This document shows positions 7,860 to 17,574 of a DNA stretch of 49,788 nt, piece by piece (within the stretch, counting starts at the first letter, position 1; every line of letters begins with the position of its first letter). A program made the position numbers and the translations under genes. The stretch is taken from sequence record NC_047985.1; one strand, written 5' to 3'. This DNA is from Escherichia phage LL5. Under the pieces are notes generated by a model, which was given only the letters and a program-made list of their open reading frames with translations, was not told where the DNA came from and ran no database searches.

Positions 7860-8069
7860 ATGAAATGCACTTTGCTTTTCAAAGAAAGAGTTTTGCACCC
7901 TGGTAGCGAACTTCTTGTTAATCGCGTCATTGTTTCAGAAAAAGATTTCTATATTGATGTTCAAAGGGATGGTGTCATAATCTTAAACAAAGAAGATACA
8001 AAGGCGTTTTCATTCCCAAAACACAACATCATCCAGCTTATCGTAGAGGAAGAAAATAATGCAGAATAA
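7860..8069 (+). CDS. hypothetical protein (69 aa)
   Basis: AGGAG SD. Confidence 0.5.
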   Translation: MKCTLLFKERVLHPGSELLVNRVIVSEKDFYIDVQRDGVIILNKEDTKAFSFPKHNIIQLIVEEENNAE

Positions 8070-8220
8070 AGAAATTGCAAAGGTTACAATCATTGTTGAG
8101 CGCGACGGCAAGAAAACGCGATACAAAAAACGCTTTGCAAAAGGAGAGGCGGTATTAGGCCGGATCGGTGATTTCATGGTGAAATTGCAAGAGGATAAGC
8201 CTGATGAAGTGGAAAGTTAA
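8059..8220 (+). CDS. hypothetical small protein (53 aa)
   Basis: GAGGA SD 8 nt upstream; overlaps neighbours at both ends. Confidence 0.3.
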   Translation: MQNKEIAKVTIIVERDGKKTRYKKRFAKGEAVLGRIGDFMVKLQEDKPDEVES

Positions 8221-8386
8221 CTTTACCATTAGGCGCATTGGTCGCAATTGCGGATCATGCAAACAAGAATTTGAAACGGTTGTTACAGCATGTAGCGCTG
8301 AAATGGCTGTAAGATTTGCTAAAGAATATTCTGGAGCAGATCCAGAAACGCACCAATTTTCAATCAATTATGTGAGGGCTATATAA
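8204..8386 (+). CDS. hypothetical protein (60 aa)
   Basis: GAGGA SD 9 nt upstream. Confidence 0.4.
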   Translation: MKWKVNFTIRRIGRNCGSCKQEFETVVTACSAEMAVRFAKEYSGADPETHQFSINYVRAI

Positions 8387-8616
8387 TGCTGATGTTTTTT
8401 TATGGTGTTGGCGTGACTGTTGCTATTGGTTTTCTGATTCTTTGGGCTATTGGCAAAGCCTCAAAGAAAATGGAAGTTGAACGAAAAATTGCAAGCGCGT
8501 TTTATGACAGCAAGAATGATTGCTGGAAGGTTCGAGGGAATTATATTGCTATTGCGCAAATCATTGAGAATCGCATAAAGCATGGCAAGCCTGGAAGCAT
8601 CAAGTATATTGACTAA
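8386..8616 (+). CDS. small membrane protein (76 aa)
   Basis: N-terminal TM helix MLMFFYGVGVTVAIGFLILWAIG. Confidence 0.45.
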   Translation: MLMFFYGVGVTVAIGFLILWAIGKASKKMEVERKIASAFYDSKNDCWKVRGNYIAIAQIIENRIKHGKPGSIKYID

Positions 8617-8632
8617 TCCAAAGCCGAAACAT

Positions 8633-8657
8633 AACCCGCCTTGCGCGGGTTTTTTTG
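8633..8657 (+). terminator. rho-independent terminator ending the early region
   Basis: CCCGC..GCGGG stem followed by 7 T. Confidence 0.7.
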
Positions 8658-8678
8658 TGCATACAATTTAGCTATAAT
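8650..8678 (+). promoter_or_regulatory. candidate late promoter (perfect -10 TATAAT, weak -35)
   Basis: TATAAT at 8673-8678 between terminator and small terminase start. Confidence 0.3.
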
Positions 8679-8703
8679 CACGCATCAACAGGAGGATTTT
8701 ATT

Positions 8704-9228
8704 ATGGCTAAAAAAACAGAAGCGCCAGCGGCGGAAAGTCTAAACTTTAAAAAGTTATGGAATAAGCGATATTCCGATCTGGTAGGTAGTGAGATTGATA
8801 AGCGCGCAACGCTAACGCCGGAACAAGTCATGAACCTGATTGTTCAGTATTTTGAGTGGGCGGAGCTAAACGCCATTAAAGCAGGTGAAACGGCATCCTT
8901 TCAGGGTCGAGTGTATCAGGATACGATTCACAAGCCGCGTATTTTTACATGGGAAGGGTTAAAGCTGTTTTGCGGTTTTTCCGGCACAGCACTAGCAAAG
9001 TGGAAACTTAAACCAGGCTATGATGTTGTTATTGAGTTTGCGGAATCGGTAATCAAAGAACAAAAATACCAGTTAGCTGCAAACGGAATGATTAACAGCA
9101 CCATGATCGCAAAAGAGCTTGGCATTGATAAAGGCGACACGTTCAATATTAGCGCCAACGCAAAAGAGCAAGACAATACAGAAGAAGCGATGAAAAACGC
9201 AGTCGCAAGCGTCCTAAGCAAGATTTAA
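8704..9228 (+). CDS. terminase small subunit (putative)
   Basis: 174-aa ORF directly upstream of large terminase at head of late operon; AGGAGG SD; call is positional. Confidence 0.55.
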   Translation: MAKKTEAPAAESLNFKKLWNKRYSDLVGSEIDKRATLTPEQVMNLIVQYFEWAELNAIKAGETASFQGRVYQDTIHKPRIFTWEGLKLFCGFSGTALAKWKLKPGYDVVIEFAESVIKEQKYQLAANGMINSTMIAKELGIDKGDTFNISANAKEQDNTEEAMKNAVASVLSKI

Positions 9229-9230
9229 AG

Positions 9231-10811
9231 GTGAATGCTATGTTGATTTGGGAAGATTTAACAAAACTTGAAAAGCTGGCTATTAAGGAATTAAGCACAC
9301 ACGATTTTGATACTTTCGTTAAAATCTGGTTCCCGATCCAGCAGGGAGAAAAATGGATTCCTAACTGGCATCACCTTTATATTGCAAGGGCAATTGATGA
9401 AATTATTGAAGGTGTGCGCAAAGATACCATTTTTAACGTAACGCCAGGCTCAGGCAAAACCGAATTGCTTTCGATCCACTTTCCGCCTTATTCATATCTA
9501 AAATTGAACAAGGTGCGAAATCTGAATATTTCGTTTGCTGATACACTGGTTAAACGTAACAGCAAGCGTGTGCGAGATCTGGTTAACTCGCGAGAATGGC
9601 AAGAGCTTTACCCAGCAAAAACTGGTACAAGCAAGGATGATGAATTTCAGATCCTTAATGACGCTGGCAAAGTTCGCCTGGAAATGATTAGTAAATCAAT
9701 GGGCGGTCAGATTACTGGTAGTCGTGGCGGTTACATCACGCCTGGCGTTTATTCCGGTTGTGTGACGCTTGATGATCCAGAAAAGCCGGATGATATGTTT
9801 TCGAAGGTGAAGCGTGAGCGCGGTCAAATGATCGCAAAGAACACCATTCGATCACGTCGCGCACATTCAGAAACGCCGATTATCGTTATTCAGCAGCGTC
9901 TACACGCGCAGGATATGACCTGGTTTCTGATGAATGGCGGAATGGGTATTGAATTTGATCAGATATCAATTCCGTCGATGGTTACAGAGGAATACGGGAA
10001 ATCGCTTCCTGATTGGTTACAGCCTCATTTTGAAAAAGATGTGCTTTCGTCTGAATACATCGTTATTGACGGCGTGAAGTATTATTCTTTCTGGCCTAGC
10101 AAGGAAAGCATCCATGATCTTAAAGCGCTACGCGATGCTGATTTGTACACGTTCCTTTCTCAGTATCAGCAAGAGCCAATTGCTCTTGGAGGTAACGCAA
10201 TTAACGTTGGATGGTTCCAGTATTACGGAACCGGAGAAAAATCAACGATGCCAAAACCGGATCGCTTTGATTATACGTTTATTACAGCAGATACCGCTCA
10301 GAAAGAAGGTGAGCTAAACGACTACAGCGTTTTATGTTATTGGGGCATGTTCAAAGGCCGTATATATTTTATTGACGGTGTGCGCGGAAAATGGGAAGCG
10401 CCAATGTTAGAAACGCAGTTTAAAGCGTTTGTTAAACAGTGCTGGAACCGTAACAAAGAATGCGGAAACTTGCGTAAAATTTACGTGGAAGATAAAGCCA
10501 GCGGTACAGGTCTGATCCAGAATTGCCGCAAAGAATTTCCGATAGAAATTACGCCAGTGCAACGCGATAAAGACAAAGTAACGCGCTGCATGGACGCACA
10601 GCCAGTGATCAAGAATGGTTATGTTGTATTGCCTGAATCGCATCACATGCTTGCTGAATTTCTGGCAGAGGCGGCGGCATTCACTTATGATGATAGCCAT
10701 CCTCATGATGATATTATGGATAACCTTTTTGATGCGGTTAATATTGAGCTTAACCTTGCTGATAATGCGGTTGATAGAATGAAGCGTTTAGCTGGATTAG
10801 CGAAGCGTTAA
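9231..10811 (+). CDS. terminase large subunit
   Basis: 526 aa; N-terminal ATPase P-loop-like VTPGSGKTE; C-terminal RNaseH-like nuclease region. Confidence 0.9.
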   Translation: MNAMLIWEDLTKLEKLAIKELSTHDFDTFVKIWFPIQQGEKWIPNWHHLYIARAIDEIIEGVRKDTIFNVTPGSGKTELLSIHFPPYSYLKLNKVRNLNISFADTLVKRNSKRVRDLVNSREWQELYPAKTGTSKDDEFQILNDAGKVRLEMISKSMGGQITGSRGGYITPGVYSGCVTLDDPEKPDDMFSKVKRERGQMIAKNTIRSRRAHSETPIIVIQQRLHAQDMTWFLMNGGMGIEFDQISIPSMVTEEYGKSLPDWLQPHFEKDVLSSEYIVIDGVKYYSFWPSKESIHDLKALRDADLYTFLSQYQQEPIALGGNAINVGWFQYYGTGEKSTMPKPDRFDYTFITADTAQKEGELNDYSVLCYWGMFKGRIYFIDGVRGKWEAPMLETQFKAFVKQCWNRNKECGNLRKIYVEDKASGTGLIQNCRKEFPIEITPVQRDKDKVTRCMDAQPVIKNGYVVLPESHHMLAEFLAEAAAFTYDDSHPHDDIMDNLFDAVNIELNLADNAVDRMKRLAGLAKR

Positions 10812-10825
10812 TGTGTAAAATCAAA

Positions 10826-10850
10826 GGCTGGAATATTCCGGCCTTTTTTA
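10826..10850 (+). terminator. hairpin plus T-tract between terminase and portal
   Basis: GGCTGG-AATATT-CCGGCC then TTTTTT. Confidence 0.5.
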
Positions 10851-10864
10851 TTATGGGGGTATTT

Positions 10865-12151
10865 ATGAGCGACAAGGTAAAGGCCATTACTAAAGAAGAT
10901 GGTTACAACGAAATTTTCGGATCTAAAGATGTAGCGTTTAGGCCAAATGCTTTTTACATGCAAAGTGCGGCATTTAAAACGTTATCGCAATTTTATGAAG
11001 AAGATGGAATGGCGCGGCGCATTGTCGATGTTATTCCCGAAGAAATGGTAACGCCTGGTTTTAAAGTTGACGGCGTGAAAAATGAAAAGTCTTTTAAATC
11101 GCGTTGGGATGAATTGCGATTAAACGCTAAAATTATTGATGCGCTTTCATGGTCGCGTTTATTTGGCGGTTCTGCAATTCTTGCTGTTGTTGCTGATAAC
11201 AGAATGCTGAAATCACCTGTAAAGCCTGGTGCACAACTTGAAGATATTCGCGTATATGATCGCTATCAGATCACCATTCAGGAACGTGAAACTAATGCGC
11301 GGAGTGTTCGTTACGGTGAGCCAAAACTTTATAAGATCTCACCTGGCGGAGATATACCGGAATTCTTTGTTCATTACTCGCGTATTTGCATCATTGATGG
11401 TGAGCGCGTATCGAATGAAAAACGCAGTCAAAATGATGGTTGGGGCGCAAGCATTTTAAACAAGCGTTTGATTGAGGCGATTATTGATTATAACTATTGC
11501 CATGAATTAGCAACGCAATTGCTACGCAGAAAACAACAAGCAGTATGGAAAGCGCGTGATCTGGCTTTGATGTGCGACGATGAAGAAGGGCGCTATGCGG
11601 CGCGTTTGCGTTTGGCTCAGGTTGATGACGAAAGCGGAGTTGGTAAGGCAATTGGTATTGATGCCACCGATGAAGAATATGAGGTTCTAAATTCTGACGT
11701 TTCCGGCGTTCCAGAGTTCTTACAGGAAAAGATTGATCGAATTGTTGCACTAACTGGCATTCATGAAATCATCCTCAAAAATAAGAACACTGGCGGCGTT
11801 TCAGCGAGTCAAAACACGGCGCTAGAGACTTTCTATAAGTTAATTGATCGCAAGCGCGGAGAGGATTACAAGCCGATTCTTGAATTCCTTTTGCCGTTCA
11901 TGATCTCAGAAGCGGAATGGTCTATTGAATTCGAACCGTTAAGCGTTCCGAGTGATAAGGACAAAGCTGAAATTATGGCTAAGAACGTTGAATCTGTTGT
12001 AAAATTGAAAGCTGAACAGGCAATTAATCTCAAAGAAACAAGAGACACTTTGCGATCCATTTGTCCAGATCTTAAAATTATGGACAATGACAACATTGAA
12101 TTGCCAGAGCCGGAAGATTTAGATCCAGAGCCAGGGCAAGAGGGGGATTGA
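10865..12151 (+). CDS. portal protein
   Basis: 428 aa immediately after large terminase; GGGGG SD; acidic C-terminus. Confidence 0.8.
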   Translation: MSDKVKAITKEDGYNEIFGSKDVAFRPNAFYMQSAAFKTLSQFYEEDGMARRIVDVIPEEMVTPGFKVDGVKNEKSFKSRWDELRLNAKIIDALSWSRLFGGSAILAVVADNRMLKSPVKPGAQLEDIRVYDRYQITIQERETNARSVRYGEPKLYKISPGGDIPEFFVHYSRICIIDGERVSNEKRSQNDGWGASILNKRLIEAIIDYNYCHELATQLLRRKQQAVWKARDLALMCDDEEGRYAARLRLAQVDDESGVGKAIGIDATDEEYEVLNSDVSGVPEFLQEKIDRIVALTGIHEIILKNKNTGGVSASQNTALETFYKLIDRKRGEDYKPILEFLLPFMISEAEWSIEFEPLSVPSDKDKAEIMAKNVESVVKLKAEQAINLKETRDTLRSICPDLKIMDNDNIELPEPEDLDPEPGQEGD

Positions 12152-12155
12152 ATAA

Positions 12156-12827
12156 ATGATGTTTCCCGATATGACAGAGAGCGACGTTGAAAAGGCGCTT
12201 AATGATCTGGCGGTTGATATCACTGAAAACAAAGCTGATGTAGAGGCGGCAATTGCCGCCTTTATGTTGCTGGTTTACGGGTTCGCCGTTAGTGCATACA
12301 AATACCACACTCGCCAATTTATCAGAATGGCAAAGCAAACAGGAAGCGCAAATAATCGATCCGTTATCCTTCTGATTGGTGGCGTTTACGGAAATATGAA
12401 TGAACGTTGGTTCAATTCAAAATACATAACCTGGCGATCACTTATTGAGGCATCCGTAAGGAAATTTGCGTATAATGTGCTTGATGATTGGGAAGTGCAA
12501 CAGCGTTTAAATGAGTTACGCGAGCAAGCAGAAACAAGAGCGCAGATCCGAAAGCGTCTAAGAAAATATAAGGCGTGGGCTAAAAATAGGGCGTCTGGTT
12601 TTGTTGGTTCGTGGTATTCCGTGTTAATGTATCAACGCGTGGTTGATACAGGAGTTACCCATTATATTTGGCGTACTCAGGAAGATAACATGGTTAGACC
12701 TGAACACGCTAAATTGGACATGAAACGGATCTCATTGGCAATAAAGCACATATTCCCAGGGCAGGAATATAATTGTCGCTGTTGGGCGCAACCGGATTGG
12801 GAAACAGAGCAAGAGGTATATTTATGA
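12156..12827 (+). CDS. head morphogenesis protein (Mu F / SPP1 gp7-like)
   Basis: C-terminal motif VRPEHAKLDMK...PGQEYNCRCWAQP. Confidence 0.8.
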   Translation: MMFPDMTESDVEKALNDLAVDITENKADVEAAIAAFMLLVYGFAVSAYKYHTRQFIRMAKQTGSANNRSVILLIGGVYGNMNERWFNSKYITWRSLIEASVRKFAYNVLDDWEVQQRLNELREQAETRAQIRKRLRKYKAWAKNRASGFVGSWYSVLMYQRVVDTGVTHYIWRTQEDNMVRPEHAKLDMKRISLAIKHIFPGQEYNCRCWAQPDWETEQEVYL

Positions 12828-13933
12828 AGAAGGTGCAACGTTTTGATAGTGTCAGAGTAAAGGCGCATTTTGATGAACACGGCTTTTTAGTAGATCGGCC
12901 TATTGTGGCGCGAATTGGTTTGCAGATTTATCAAACGCCATACGGCGAGCGCAGAGAATTCAGGCCAGCAAGTGAAGTGTTTAAAGCTGATAGCTTGGCG
13001 ACTTACGCAGGTAAACCAATCACAGTAGGTCACGTAACAGTAACGCCGGAAAATGCGCGTGATGTTGTAGTTGGTACTTGTTCAGGGGCTGGCATTCCAA
13101 ATGGGATCGGAGTTGAGGCGCCTTTGAATATTTACGCAAAGGATGCAATTGAAAGCGCGAAGAAAAAACAAACGGCTGAAATTAGCGTGGGCTATACGTC
13201 AATTGATATTGATAAGCCTGGTTATGGATCTAATGAAACTGGTGAATACATCTTTGAAGAAGATCTAAAAGAAGATGAGCAGCCGCCTGAAGGATGGGTA
13301 AAATTTGATGCACTGCAAACAAGCATTAGTGTTAACCATATTGCGTTAGTGTTTAAGGGTCGCGCTGGAATTGCAAAATTGAATCTTGATAGCGAGCAAG
13401 AATTCCCGTATGATATCGACGTTAAATTAAATAAAGAGGACGAGGTTATGACCGTTAAAATTAAACTTGATGGTGCTGTTGAATTTGACGTACCAAAAGA
13501 AGTTGCTACTTTTATCGAAACCGTGAAAGCAGACGCTACAGCGGCAAAAACTAAAGCCGATAGCCTGGAAGCAGAGCGCGATGCTCTACAGGCGAAAGTT
13601 GACGGCATTCCGGCGCAGATTGAAGAAGCCGTTAAAAAGGCAAAAGCTGACGCTGATGAACATGCCGCACTGGTCGCTACCGCTTCCGAAGTTGGCGTAA
13701 AATGCGACGGACTAACAGCCAAAGAAATTAAGATCGCATATGTGAAAGAGGTCATGGGTAATGACATTAGCGAAAAGGCTGATGCATATATTGATACCGC
13801 TTTTGATATCGCGAAAGAATCTGATAAAATGGCGGCTCAACGTATCGCATTAAAAGGCGATGCAGCAAAAAACAAACAGGATGCAGCGGAAACCATTCTT
13901 GATCCTTCCGCACGTCTGAATAAAGCTAAGTAA
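12824..13933 (+). CDS. putative head scaffolding protein
   Basis: 369 aa between head morphogenesis gene and capsid; Ala/Lys/Glu-rich predicted coiled-coil C-terminal half. Confidence 0.5.
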   Translation: MKKVQRFDSVRVKAHFDEHGFLVDRPIVARIGLQIYQTPYGERREFRPASEVFKADSLATYAGKPITVGHVTVTPENARDVVVGTCSGAGIPNGIGVEAPLNIYAKDAIESAKKKQTAEISVGYTSIDIDKPGYGSNETGEYIFEEDLKEDEQPPEGWVKFDALQTSISVNHIALVFKGRAGIAKLNLDSEQEFPYDIDVKLNKEDEVMTVKIKLDGAVEFDVPKEVATFIETVKADATAAKTKADSLEAERDALQAKVDGIPAQIEEAVKKAKADADEHAALVATASEVGVKCDGLTAKEIKIAYVKEVMGNDISEKADAYIDTAFDIAKESDKMAAQRIALKGDAAKNKQDAAETILDPSARLNKAK

Positions 13934-13945
13934 GGAGAAAATATT

Positions 13946-14425
13946 ATGGCTCAGATTTCAGCAAGTTATCATGTTGCAATGGCTCGCGCCTTGCCTGGTC
14001 AAGTTTCTGACACTTCCGCGTATAACATCGACGGCGCTTGTGTTCTTGATGGTGATGCCGGATCAACAATTTATGTTGGCGTTGGTGTTCAACATGGCGG
14101 AGTTAGCGCAAGCGGTGATAAATTAATTAAGGCTATGGCAGCGTCTGGTAATGCTTATGGTGTTGCTATTCGATCCAACTTCCAGACCACATCTAAAGAT
14201 GGTCGCATGGTTTATGAGGCTGGTAGCGGAATTAACGTAATGACTAAAGGTCGCGTTTGGATGTTATCTGTAGAATCAGAAGCGCCAGAATTCAAAACAC
14301 CTATCAAACTTGATAATTCAGGACAGGTTGATTTAACGTCTGGATCAATTGAAACTACTTGGATCGCAACTGGAGACTTTACGAAATTCCAAGATCTAAA
14401 ACTCGTTGAGGTTCAACTGGTATAA
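13946..14425 (+). CDS. structural protein, tandem paralog A (decoration-like, putative)
   Basis: shares YNIDG, GRVW and C-terminal ...VQL with next ORF. Confidence 0.5.
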   Translation: MAQISASYHVAMARALPGQVSDTSAYNIDGACVLDGDAGSTIYVGVGVQHGGVSASGDKLIKAMAASGNAYGVAIRSNFQTTSKDGRMVYEAGSGINVMTKGRVWMLSVESEAPEFKTPIKLDNSGQVDLTSGSIETTWIATGDFTKFQDLKLVEVQLV

Positions 14426-14430
14426 TAATA

Positions 14431-14455
14431 AGGCCGGATTATTCCGGCCTTTTAT
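14431..14455 (+). terminator. hairpin plus T-tract between paralogs
   Basis: perfect AGGCCGGATT/AATCCGGCCT palindrome then TTTTAT. Confidence 0.55.
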
Positions 14456-14468
14456 ATATGGTGGTTTT

Positions 14469-14909
14469 ATGTCTGATTACGGTTCTATAATAGGTATAGT
14501 TGAAAATGGGTGCTTGGTAGATTCAAGCCTTTATAATATAGATGGCTCGCCAGTTATGGATGTTTCAGCCGTGATAGGTAATGCCGTATGTGTTGATCGC
14601 ATATCTTGCGGTTACAAAATAATCAGCCACAATTTTAATGAAAACTCAAATCATTACGGAATCGTTACGCGTGATTATATGGATTTTTGCAAAGAATATT
14701 ACGACGCCGGAGATCCGGTCAACGTAATAACTCATGGTCGAATTTGGGTAATCACTCAGGACGAACATGATATTCCATCGTATAAAGATCCTGTTTTTGT
14801 TAAAGACAATGGCTCTATATCAACAAGTGGATTTCCTACCAGTTGGTTTTTTACTGGCGAGTACGTAAGATATTCACACGGGTATATTTTACTATCAGTC
14901 CAGTTGTAG
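14469..14909 (+). CDS. structural protein, tandem paralog B
   Basis: paralog of 13946-14425; GGTGG SD. Confidence 0.5.
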   Translation: MSDYGSIIGIVENGCLVDSSLYNIDGSPVMDVSAVIGNAVCVDRISCGYKIISHNFNENSNHYGIVTRDYMDFCKEYYDAGDPVNVITHGRIWVITQDEHDIPSYKDPVFVKDNGSISTSGFPTSWFFTGEYVRYSHGYILLSVQL

Positions 14910-14958
14910 CGTGCTAACACAAAAAACACTTGAACGTTTAACAAAAAATGCTATATTA

Positions 14959-14983
14959 AAGCCGTTATTATGACGGCTTTTCT
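14959..14983 (+). terminator. hairpin plus T-tract upstream of capsid gene
   Basis: GCCGT-TATTATG-ACGGC then TTTTCT. Confidence 0.45.
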
Positions 14984-14998
14984 ATGAGGGAAAATATT

Positions 14999-15973
14999 AT
15001 GTCTAAAGAAATGAAATATGATGAGTTTGAAGCAAACGTGATCGCCAACCATATGCAGTTACGCGGCGCTAAAAACGACGCATCTGATATGGGTATTTGG
15101 ACGGCTCAAGAGCTTCATAAAATTAAGGCTCAAGCCTATGAAAAAGAATATCCGGCAGGTTCCGCACTGCGTGTATTCCCTGTAACGTCCGAGCTTTCCG
15201 ATACTGATAAAACTTTTGAATACCAGACTTTCGACAAAGTAGGTCACGCAAAAATCATTGCTGATTACACTGATGATCTGCCAACTGTTGACGCGCTGAT
15301 GACTTCTGAATTTGGTAAAGTGTTCCGCCTGGGTAATGCGTTCCTGATTTCCATTGACGAAATCAAAGAAGGTCAACGCACTGGCAAGAGCCTTTCCACT
15401 CGCAAGGCAAACGCCGCACAGAATGCGCATGATCAGCTTGTAAACCACCTGGTTTTCAGAGGTTCTAAACCGCACAAAATTATCAGTGTGTTTGAACATC
15501 CGAACATCACAACTATCGACTCAGGCGGCTGGAATAACGCAACAGGTACGACTAAGAATCCTGAACGTGCACAGGATGAATTAGAGCAAGCGATTGAAAA
15601 AATCGAAACGCTGACCAACGGGCAGCACCGAGCTACTCACATTCTGATCCCGCCGTCAATGCGTAAAGTTCTGATGGTTCGTATGCCGGAAACAACCATG
15701 AGCTATCTTGATTATTTCAAGCAGCAGAATGGCGGTATCACTATCGAATCCATTTCCGAGCTTGAAGATATCGACGGCTCAGGCACTAAAGCTGCACTGG
15801 TTTACGAAAAAGATCCGATGAATATGAGCATCGAAATTCCAGAAGCGTTTAACATGCTGACCGCGCAGCCTAAAGACCTGCATTTCAAAGTACCTTGTAC
15901 TTCTAAGTGTACTGGTCTGACGATTTACCGTCCGTTGACGCTGGTTCTAATTAAAGGTCTTGTGAACGGCTAA
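14999..15973 (+). CDS. major capsid protein
   Basis: 324 aa, largest head-module ORF after scaffold; GAGGG SD; followed by strong terminator. Confidence 0.75.
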   Translation: MSKEMKYDEFEANVIANHMQLRGAKNDASDMGIWTAQELHKIKAQAYEKEYPAGSALRVFPVTSELSDTDKTFEYQTFDKVGHAKIIADYTDDLPTVDALMTSEFGKVFRLGNAFLISIDEIKEGQRTGKSLSTRKANAAQNAHDQLVNHLVFRGSKPHKIISVFEHPNITTIDSGGWNNATGTTKNPERAQDELEQAIEKIETLTNGQHRATHILIPPSMRKVLMVRMPETTMSYLDYFKQQNGGITIESISELEDIDGSGTKAALVYEKDPMNMSIEIPEAFNMLTAQPKDLHFKVPCTSKCTGLTIYRPLTLVLIKGLVNG

Positions 15974-15989
15974 TAATTAGATTAATATA

Positions 15990-16016
15990 GGGAACCGTTA
16001 AAAGGTTCCCTTTTTT
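15990..16016 (+). terminator. rho-independent terminator after capsid gene
   Basis: GGGAACC-GTTAAAA-GGTTCCC then TTTTTT. Confidence 0.7.
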
Positions 16017-16034
16017 ATTTCTGGAGAAAAACAA

Positions 16035-16307
16035 ATGGCTAAAGAAAAAGAAATTACACTTGTTAACACTGGCGTTGCACTGATTATTATTGATCGCGTT
16101 GACGTTATGCCAGGTAAAGAAATTACCGTTGCGGAAAGCGTGTTAGAGCGTCAAGGCACTAAAGCACTTATGGCAGAAGGTAAGCTAACAATCAAAGATA
16201 ACAGCGATCTCAATGCTGAAATCGTTGAAGCGTTTAAGAGCAAGCGCAAAAAAGATCCGAACGAAGGCAAGACAAAAAAAGAGCTTGAGGACGGCGGCGA
16301 GTATTAA
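16035..16307 (+). CDS. hypothetical head-associated protein (90 aa)
   Basis: ORF with GGAG SD between capsid and connector genes. Confidence 0.45.
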   Translation: MAKEKEITLVNTGVALIIIDRVDVMPGKEITVAESVLERQGTKALMAEGKLTIKDNSDLNAEIVEAFKSKRKKDPNEGKTKKELEDGGEY

Positions 16308-16313
16308 TTAGAA

Positions 16314-16340
16314 AAGGCGCTCATGTAGCGCCTTTTTTAT
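16314..16340 (+). terminator. hairpin plus T-tract
   Basis: GGCGC-TCATGTA-GCGCC then TTTTTT. Confidence 0.6.
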
Positions 16341-16353
16341 TATGGGGGTTATT

Positions 16354-16773
16354 ATGGTTGATGAAATTTATGGTGATATTGAGATCCTAGAGCAAATTTA
16401 TAAAATCGCGCCAGCGTTCAAAAAAGTTGATCCTGAATTGATTCAGGCATGGATTGAACTGGCTAAAGATTTCGTTTGCGAAAAGCATTTCAAAGACAAA
16501 TATTTCCGCGCTGTTGCTCTTTACACTTTGCACCTGATGACTCTTGACGGAGCTATGAAACAGGAAAGTGAGAGCGTAGAAAGCTACTCGCATCGTATAG
16601 CATCATTTTCCCTGACTGGTGAGTTTTCGCAAACGTTCAGCAAAGTTAGCGACGACACAAGCGGTAACACGTTGCGCCAAACTCCGTGGGGTAAAATGTA
16701 CGAAGTTCTCAACAAGAAAAAAGGCGGCGGATTTGGCCTTACAACTGCATTTCATCGGAGGTGCTCACGATGA
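16354..16773 (+). CDS. head-tail connector / head completion protein (putative)
   Basis: positional call; GGGGG SD. Confidence 0.4.
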   Translation: MVDEIYGDIEILEQIYKIAPAFKKVDPELIQAWIELAKDFVCEKHFKDKYFRAVALYTLHLMTLDGAMKQESESVESYSHRIASFSLTGEFSQTFSKVSDDTSGNTLRQTPWGKMYEVLNKKKGGGFGLTTAFHRRCSR

Positions 16774-17141
16774 ATTATGAACAAATCAGATCTATGGCAT
16801 CGGCTGGAATTAATTTTTTTAGCGATGAAACTGGTGAATTTGATTGCATTACTCAACCTGGAAGCGTTGAAATTGTTGGCGGTATTGAGGTTGAAAAACC
16901 TGAAATAAAGGTGAAGATTAAAGGTCTTGTGAGAAAACCACGGACGCGAGAAGTTGACGGAGAGGTAATTAGAGTTACCGACAAGTTAGGCATTTTTAAT
17001 GCTGATGTAGAGCTTAAAAACGGATATCAGATTGATATAGACGGAGAGCGTTATGTTATGGTTGAAACAAGACCAATCAGACCAACAAGCATTACCGTTG
17101 CTTACCGTCCAATAATGCGGAGGATTTCGGTTCATGGCTGA
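16770..17141 (+). CDS. head-tail adaptor protein (putative)
   Basis: positional call; GGAGG SD 9 nt upstream. Confidence 0.4.
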   Translation: MNYEQIRSMASAGINFFSDETGEFDCITQPGSVEIVGGIEVEKPEIKVKIKGLVRKPRTREVDGEVIRVTDKLGIFNADVELKNGYQIDIDGERYVMVETRPIRPTSITVAYRPIMRRISVHG

Positions 17142-17574
17142 CTATTCGATCCGAGAATTTCATGGCAATGTTGACAAATGGATCGAGCAAGTAGAAAGCG
17201 GATTGAATGATGTGATTCAGATTTTTGGTGAAAAGGTTCACGGCGCATTAGTTGATATTGCGCCAGTGGACACAGGCAGATTCAAAGCCAGTATGCAGAT
17301 CACAGCAAACAAGCCGCCTCTTTACGCGCTCAATCAATATGATCCTGATGGTGAGAAAACAAAGGCGGAAGGTCGCAGGACGCTTTATGCTTTATTGCAT
17401 GGCGGCGGCGCTATTAAATCAATATACTTTTCCAATATGCTGATTTACGCTAATGCTCTTGAATATGGTCATTCAAAGCAAGCGCCAGCGGGTGTATTTG
17501 GTATCGTTGCGATCCGGTTGCGCTCTTACATGGCGGAAGCGATAAGGGAGGCGAGAAAGAAAAATGCACTATGA
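17134..17574 (+). CDS. tail completion protein (HK97 gp10-like)
   Basis: VDTGRFKAS near N-terminal third and ALEYGHSKQAPAG C-terminal motif. Confidence 0.55.
   Translation: MADYSIREFHGNVDKWIEQVESGLNDVIQIFGEKVHGALVDIAPVDTGRFKASMQITANKPPLYALNQYDPDGEKTKAEGRRTLYALLHGGGAIKSIYFSNMLIYANALEYGHSKQAPAGVFGIVAIRLRSYMAEAIREARKKNAL

Noticed and set aside
13222-13767. 181-aa ORF on the - strand inside the scaffold-like gene, and similar antisense ORFs inside the tape measure, J-like, L-like and helicase genes
   Set aside because: They overlap well-supported genes on the opposite strand, lack Shine-Dalgarno motifs and have low-complexity Ser/Ala-rich translations typical of shadow ORFs.
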